From Eutreptiella sp. 'Long Island Sound 2002' (Eukaryota > Protista > Euglenida), in assembly GCA_964036045.1 (NCBI GenBank), contig OZ038379.1, forward strand, positions 76,074,001 to 76,138,000: a stretch of DNA of 64,000 nucleotides, written 5' to 3'. A program made the translations under genes and the position numbers. Positions 58,968 to 64,000 of this stretch are shown here, one piece after another; the first letter of the stretch is position 1, and every line of letters starts with the position of its first letter. The notes beneath the pieces were generated by a model. The model ran no database searches. It saw only the letters and a program-made list of their open reading frames with translations, and was not told the origin of the DNA.

Positions 58968-60555
58968 ATGGCGATGGCAGCTGTTGGATCGTTTAGGGTG
59001 GCGGCCGTGGGCGTTCGGGGCTGGGCCCCAAAAACACAAGCCCGATACCGTTCCGCCCTGTCCGCGGTGGCGAAGTATGAGGGAACCAGGGCTTTGCGGA
59101 CGCCGCTTACTGACACGCTGTCTGACTTCTTGGCGTCAAGGGTCTCTATGGGGCAGGCCAGGTCCACCCTCAGGGGTTATGTGTCCGCGGCTCGAGCGGC
59201 GGAAGATATCAGGCTGCTCCCGGGCTGTGTTCAGGCCATCCACTGGAGACTTGCAAAGTCCGGAAAACCGACACCGGGACAGCCATACCTGGGACCGGAG
59301 GGTCTCAGCCTCCTGTGGGCCAGAGCGGCCTCACCGGTTGAGCAGGCAGTGGCGGCGTTGGCGAACCTCAGTTGGCTTCTCTTCTTGCGAGTCTCTGAAG
59401 CGATGTCCATCACACTAGCGGGACTGGCAAGCGATTCCGTGGTCCTGTTCGTCACTACCAAGGTTGGAGGCCACAGGGAAGTGCGGCGCCCGCTTTATGA
59501 GTGGGGACGCTCGTGGGTCCGATTCCTTAGATCCTACGCCGCGGCAAACTGCGTCCCGGAGGGTCAACCGTTGGTTAGGGGAGGGGTTGAGGCAGTGGAG
59601 AAGAACTTCGCCGACCTCGTCCGTGATTCCCCGTATAGTGACCATCAGTGGCATTCCCTGCGGCGGGGGGGCGCTGCAGCTTTTCCACCGCTCTCCAAAT
59701 GTGGCCTATTTCGTTTGGTGGGGGAGGTGGAAACGGCTGGCCACGGCGTTGGAGTACGCTCTGGGCTACTTTGACCCTGCGGTGGTTGGGGCTTTGGTGC
59801 TTCCATGGCCTGTGGGTGGCCAGGCTCCTGGTGAGCGGTTGGATGTGCTGCTGGCCGACCTGTGGGGTGACCCCATGTATGCTAATCCCGAAAGGAAGTC
59901 CGTGAAGGCGTCGCTAGAAATCGCTGCCCCGGTGCCTGCGGGGCTCGTGGTATCTCTTCCTGATATGGATGTGGCGCCGCATCAAGGGGAAATGGAAGAC
60001 GTGGGGTCTGATTCAAATTCTTCGTCCGTCCCCTCGGAGTCTTCGACCTCCGCCGTGTCCACAGCAAGCGCCTGTGGCTCCCCAGCGGAGCCCGCACCGC
60101 CTGATGTCCCGGGGGAACGTCCTCCACAATTCACGCCGGGAACCGGACCTCAGGTCGGGGGCGGCAAGAGGAGGCTGCGATCTAAGGGAGCCGGCAAGAC
60201 ACCGAGAAGTGGCGCAGCAGAGGTCGACGGCGACGGTAAACCGAGGCCCAAGCGGCGAGTCGTTGGTCTGGGCGGTTCCATATCTGTCCAGCGGCATCAT
60301 GCGGCGAGCGCGAAGGTGGGCCTGGGTAATGCAAAAGCCAGACGGCCTGCCCCCAAGAGGAGGCATCCTGATGGGCCTCCAGTCGGGCCTGCCAGCAAAG
60401 TGGCTGTGCGTTCCCCACCGGAGAATCAGGGCCACGGCGGCAGTGCAGCGGCAGGCAAGCGAGGGGGGGGGGGTCGCCTGGAAATTCGCCCCCCGTGGGG
60501 GCGATTCGCGAAACCCCATCTGCCTGTGATGAGCCTGTTGGTGGCCCAGTGGTGA
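58968..60555 (+). CDS. Element B tyrosine recombinase (single +1 frameshift at TTTT 59681-59684) with low-complexity C-terminal extension
   Basis: LFLRVSEA (R), TTKVGG (K), WHSLRRGGAAA (H-x-x-R) in ORF 58968-59774; FHRSPNVAYFVWWGRW...ALEYA (W, Y) in ORF 59464-60555. Confidence 0.85.
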
Positions 60556-62504
60556 GTTCAGCGCAGGGATCACTGCAGGTTATCACATTGGCGGATGGGG
60601 GGCCCCGCCCTCTGACCAGGGCAGACCTGTTGTATGTGCGTTCGGAACCTGTTCCGTTATTTGTGCAATTTTTGCAAGCCTTCTTTACATTCTTACCGTG
60701 GCTTCACCAGGCACTGTCTTGCGGGGTACTGCTACTCATGAAGCGACTCCATTTGTTTGTGCTTCGCTTGTTTGTGACGTGTGAGGACTACCGTTTGCGG
60801 TCAGCGCCGGATATAATTTTTAACGCGCTTTCAGAATTTACCGCTGAGTCTTGGCAGGCTCTTTTGCATTTGTCTACGTCGCCAGTGCCGCAGGTGGGCA
60901 AGGTGGACCCGCAGCTGGTGGAGAGGGGTTTAGGGGCGGTGGGAAACTACATGATTTCCGATGATCTGTGGTGTGAGTTGGCCCCCCCTGATTTTGAGGC
61001 GTCTGTGTCCGATTTTCACTTGGAGAGAGAGAGTCACTCGTCTAATAGGGAGGCTTTGGTGCGACCCATGGTTAAATGGTTATTGCGTGAGGAGATAGTT
61101 ACCATTATGGATGAAAATCGCCCTTTGAGGGCGACATGCTGGCCGTTTGTGATCCCAAAGTCCACAAAAAAAGTGTCCCTTATATTTAATCTCGTTGAGT
61201 TCAATGAGAGCTTACATAAGCCGCTGTCTTTCTCGTTGGATGGTTGGGAGCAAATCTCCAAGAAGTTGGCGGATTGGCCGGCCGATAGGTCGTTGTTTTG
61301 TACACACGTGGACCTTAAAAACGCCTTTTGGAGTTTCAAGTTGCCAAGGCGACACGAGAGAGCCTTTCGGTTCCGGATGCGTTGGGAAGGTGTGGAGAGG
61401 GTGTTTTGTATGTCGCGGATGCCGTTTGGTTGGAAACATTCCTTGTTGTCTTGTCAGACGGCGTTGGGAAGGATAGTGCGACCCTTGATCCCGGAGGGGT
61501 ACACCCTCTTCCATTATTTAGATGATTTTTTGATTTTGGGGCCGGATCCAGCGCGTTTGCGTGTTGTGACTGCTCGCGTGGTCAGGGCGCTAGAGGAGGC
61601 TGATTTTATTGTGTCGGGAAAGAGTACGTTGGAGCCGGTTACGGATATATTTTTCCTGGGGAAGTACATCAATTTGGGAGTGCGCACGATCCGTTCACAT
61701 CCAAGGGCCTTTCTCCAAATGTTCAACATTTGGCTCAGGCTGGCCACGAGGTCCAGGCCTTCTTCCCGGTTACTCTCCAAGGCATTGGGCTTCATCCGTT
61801 GGCACTTTAGACCCCGTCTGGGGGGGGGGGGGGGGGCACTGCTCGCAGGAAGTTATTGTTGTGATCGGTGGGGGGGGTTTGAGAGACCCACGCCACTGAA
61901 GGTGCTGCATGGACTGTGTACCGCGATAGTCCGTTGTATGGATACTTGGGAACCCCCAACACCGGCACGCCTTGCTGTGTTTCATGCATTGTCTGCTACG
62001 CCCGATTTATGGGCTGTTCGACACTGTGTGATGTTTGGGGATGCTGCATTGGATATCATTCGATATAGAGGAGGGGCATTCATCCCGCGATTGTCAGGTG
62101 TCCGTTCCCAGGTGATCCCCCCTGCACGGCACACGCAGCAGAGCGCTGAGCTTTGGGTCTTGGTGTGGTTGGTACGGTTGGCAATCAGGTTGGGGTGGAG
62201 TTATGTTGTGCTGGTCACGGATTCCCAGGTATCTGCGTGCCAGTTGGTGGCCCTGCGGGCGTCCACGTGGCTGTCAAGGCAGCAGAAGCTGGTGAGGGCC
62301 CTGGTTCTGAGGTTGTTGCAGTCTGGTTTGATTGTCGAGGTCCGGCTGGTGCCGGGCGTTTTACAGCGGGCTGACCCGCCAAGTAGGTTGGACTCCAATT
62401 TCCAGTCTAATGTGCAACGGGCGTGTTTCCGTGCGTTTCAACTCTGGCGGGTGTTGCTGAAGCACCCTCGCGAGGTGGTGTCGGTGGGAGGGTTGGTATT
62501 GTGA
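60495..62504 (+). CDS. Element B reverse transcriptase / RNase H (669 aa, uninterrupted)
   Basis: HVDLKNAFWSF, RMPFGWKHS, HYLDDFL, FFLGK; RNase H MFGDAA, QQSAEL, LVTDSQ, RADPPSR. Confidence 0.92.
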   Translation: MGAIRETPSACDEPVGGPVVSSAQGSLQVITLADGGPRPLTRADLLYVRSEPVPLFVQFLQAFFTFLPWLHQALSCGVLLLMKRLHLFVLRLFVTCEDYRLRSAPDIIFNALSEFTAESWQALLHLSTSPVPQVGKVDPQLVERGLGAVGNYMISDDLWCELAPPDFEASVSDFHLERESHSSNREALVRPMVKWLLREEIVTIMDENRPLRATCWPFVIPKSTKKVSLIFNLVEFNESLHKPLSFSLDGWEQISKKLADWPADRSLFCTHVDLKNAFWSFKLPRRHERAFRFRMRWEGVERVFCMSRMPFGWKHSLLSCQTALGRIVRPLIPEGYTLFHYLDDFLILGPDPARLRVVTARVVRALEEADFIVSGKSTLEPVTDIFFLGKYINLGVRTIRSHPRAFLQMFNIWLRLATRSRPSSRLLSKALGFIRWHFRPRLGGGGGALLAGSYCCDRWGGFERPTPLKVLHGLCTAIVRCMDTWEPPTPARLAVFHALSATPDLWAVRHCVMFGDAALDIIRYRGGAFIPRLSGVRSQVIPPARHTQQSAELWVLVWLVRLAIRLGWSYVVLVTDSQVSACQLVALRASTWLSRQQKLVRALVLRLLQSGLIVEVRLVPGVLQRADPPSRLDSNFQSNVQRACFRAFQLWRVLLKHPREVVSVGGLVL

Positions 62505-62570
62505 GGTGTTCTCTGTTAGTTTTAGAGAAACACAGGGTTCGCCATTTTCGCGGTGCTCAGTGCTTTTGCC

Positions 62571-63053
62571 ATGCCTAAACGTGGAAAACGCCGCCGCCGT
62601 AGGCGTGGAAAATTCCGTCACCGCCGGTCGGTGGAGGCGCTGCAGTGCAGGCGGGAACGTGCGCAACAGCACCTCAGAGTTGTGCTGGAGAGGCGCCTTG
62701 CCTGGTGGCCGGTGAAGCGGATCTGGTTGGGTCTGGCTGCTAGGCTGGTCTTCATGCGGCCTTGCTCGAAGGAGGATGCTCCGGGGGTGCTGCAGCTGGC
62801 GGCGCAGGACCTGGCGGGCCGTTTGCATGGTGTTGCGGAGCAGCAGAAGACCCCGTCCGGTGATGCGAATGTTAAGGGGATGGGCGGGAATCACCTGTGC
62901 CGCCATCGTTGGATTGTGAGGGTTGGGGATAGTAGGCTGTACCTTAGTCTGTCGTCGCACACGAAGGCTGGGGGCCAGCGTCTGCCCTATATATGGGTCC
63001 AAGGGAAGCAGGTGTTGGTGCGGCGCGTGTGCTTCATGTTCCGTGCTTTTTGA
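62571..63053 (+). CDS. Element B ORF4, Arg-rich 160-aa protein of unknown function
   Basis: gccATG context 66 bp after the RT stop; begins MPKRGKRRRRRRGKFRHRRS; lies inside the direct repeats. Confidence 0.5.
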   Translation: MPKRGKRRRRRRGKFRHRRSVEALQCRRERAQQHLRVVLERRLAWWPVKRIWLGLAARLVFMRPCSKEDAPGVLQLAAQDLAGRLHGVAEQQKTPSGDANVKGMGGNHLCRHRWIVRVGDSRLYLSLSSHTKAGGQRLPYIWVQGKQVLVRRVCFMFRAF

Positions 63054-63596
63054 GCGCCCGCCGTTTCTGAATATGCGGGGTCTGGAGTTTGGGGCCTGTG
63101 CATGCGAGCACTGTACCCTGTGGTTGGCGCCGGCGCCATGGATGTTTGTCTGCGGGCACCAGAAGCTGCCCCCCTGTGAGTTCGGGCGCCAGGGCTGCGG
63201 CCCCATGCCTTTTCCTGTATATGGGACCAAGGGGTGCGCGAGTTTACTGCAATGCATGTGCTATATCCAGGTGGTTGTAATCACCATCCGGTCTGCATTG
63301 CTTGAGTAGGATCAACATGTGTGCTGATGCGGTGCGGTCGTGCAGTGATACGGGCCGCTGACGTGAAGGCATCGGTGGGGATTTTAACCAATGGGAATAC
63401 AGCGCAATGAACTCGCGCGCTGGGGTTCGCGCCGGTGCTGTGGCTGCTTGGCTGCGTGCGCCGAGCGCTGACCCAGTTTGGGTTCGTATGTATGTAGGTT
63501 CCAGCTTGGTGAGCGTGTATGGTCTGTGCATGGGGACAAGGATGAGGGGTACCAGAGGTGAATTGTTGAATTGCCTTGGTGCTTTGTCCTTTGTGA

Positions 63597-63684
63597 TCCC
63601 CTGTTTGTCTTGCCCCGTTTTCGTTTACGAACAGGGGATCACTATCTCTGTGTGTGTACAGATTTGTTGAAAATTTATTGTGTT
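63597..63684 (+). repeat. Direct repeat copy 2 of element B (88 bp)
   Basis: 87/88 identical to 58021-58108; overlaps a 13-bp perfect stem gtgatcccctgtt/aacaggggatcac (63593-63605/63630-63642). Confidence 0.95.
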
Positions 63685-64000
63685 CCCCCCGCCCGCCCCC
63701 GCGCCCGCCCCCTCACTGTGTGCGGCGGTGCATATGAGTCTGAGATTCTTTGTTGGTGGGTTGTCGATACTTGCGGTATATTTCTGTCAGTTGTTATAAT
63801 TTTGGGGCTTAGGCCTGCATCAGTGCTGCTTCACGTGTTTTGATCGCCGGTGTGTGTACGTGTGTGGTTGTGTCCCATAGACCCGGCGGGGTCTTTTGGA
63901 GAGCGCACACTAAGGCCTGTGGCGCTATGGGCGAGTACAGCTTTAGATCTATTGCAGGCGATGAGGTCGCCCGCAGCACTCTGACTGTTTTGGTCGGCCA

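Larger units (their letters stand above)
57898..63684 (+). mobile_element. Tyrosine-recombinase retrotransposon B, near-intact, VIPER/TATE-like order gag-YR-RT/RH plus extra ORF
   Basis: Four consecutive plus-strand ORFs bracketed by 88-bp direct repeats. The left junction is where the host repeat breaks (gagcaacg|agg); the true right end may lie beyond 63684. Confidence 0.85.

Noticed and set aside
62361-63257. 298-aa antisense ORF over element B's 3' region
   Set aside because: H/Q/P-rich composition typical of the reverse complement of G/T-rich sequence; no motif.
63200-63280. GPRGARVYCNAC as a GATA zinc finger
   Set aside because: Resembles the second half only; no C-x2-C at the required 17-20-residue spacing in the same frame.

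Overview
Eukaryotic (protist-like, possibly euglenozoan; species not determinable from sequence alone) DNA dominated by one giant plus-strand gene that is open at the window's 5' edge and may continue past the 3' edge. Five exons (2-14050, 20234-30067, 39444-39689, 52776-53291, 54598-~54949) join in frame to give at least ~8,330 aa. The protein contains ~95 copies of a 21-aa Y-x3-Y-x-D-x2-G-x2-P-G-x2-G-F-x-P-P motif, ~16 C2-like domains, one PDZ domain and two large internal duplications. The introns (6.2, 9.4, 13.1 and 1.3 kb) and the 9 kb after exon 5 are full of mobile DNA: a decayed Penelope-like retroelement with an N-terminal GIY-YIG remnant, an RNase H remnant, MITEs (one hAT-type with an 8-bp TSD), tRNA-derived heads and a 2.4-kb near-perfect inverted repeat. 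There are also two tyrosine-recombinase retrotransposons with VIPER/TATE-like gene order; the second is nearly intact, has 88-bp hairpin-forming direct repeats and carries an extra Arg-rich ORF. No rRNA, functional tRNA or CRISPR array was found.
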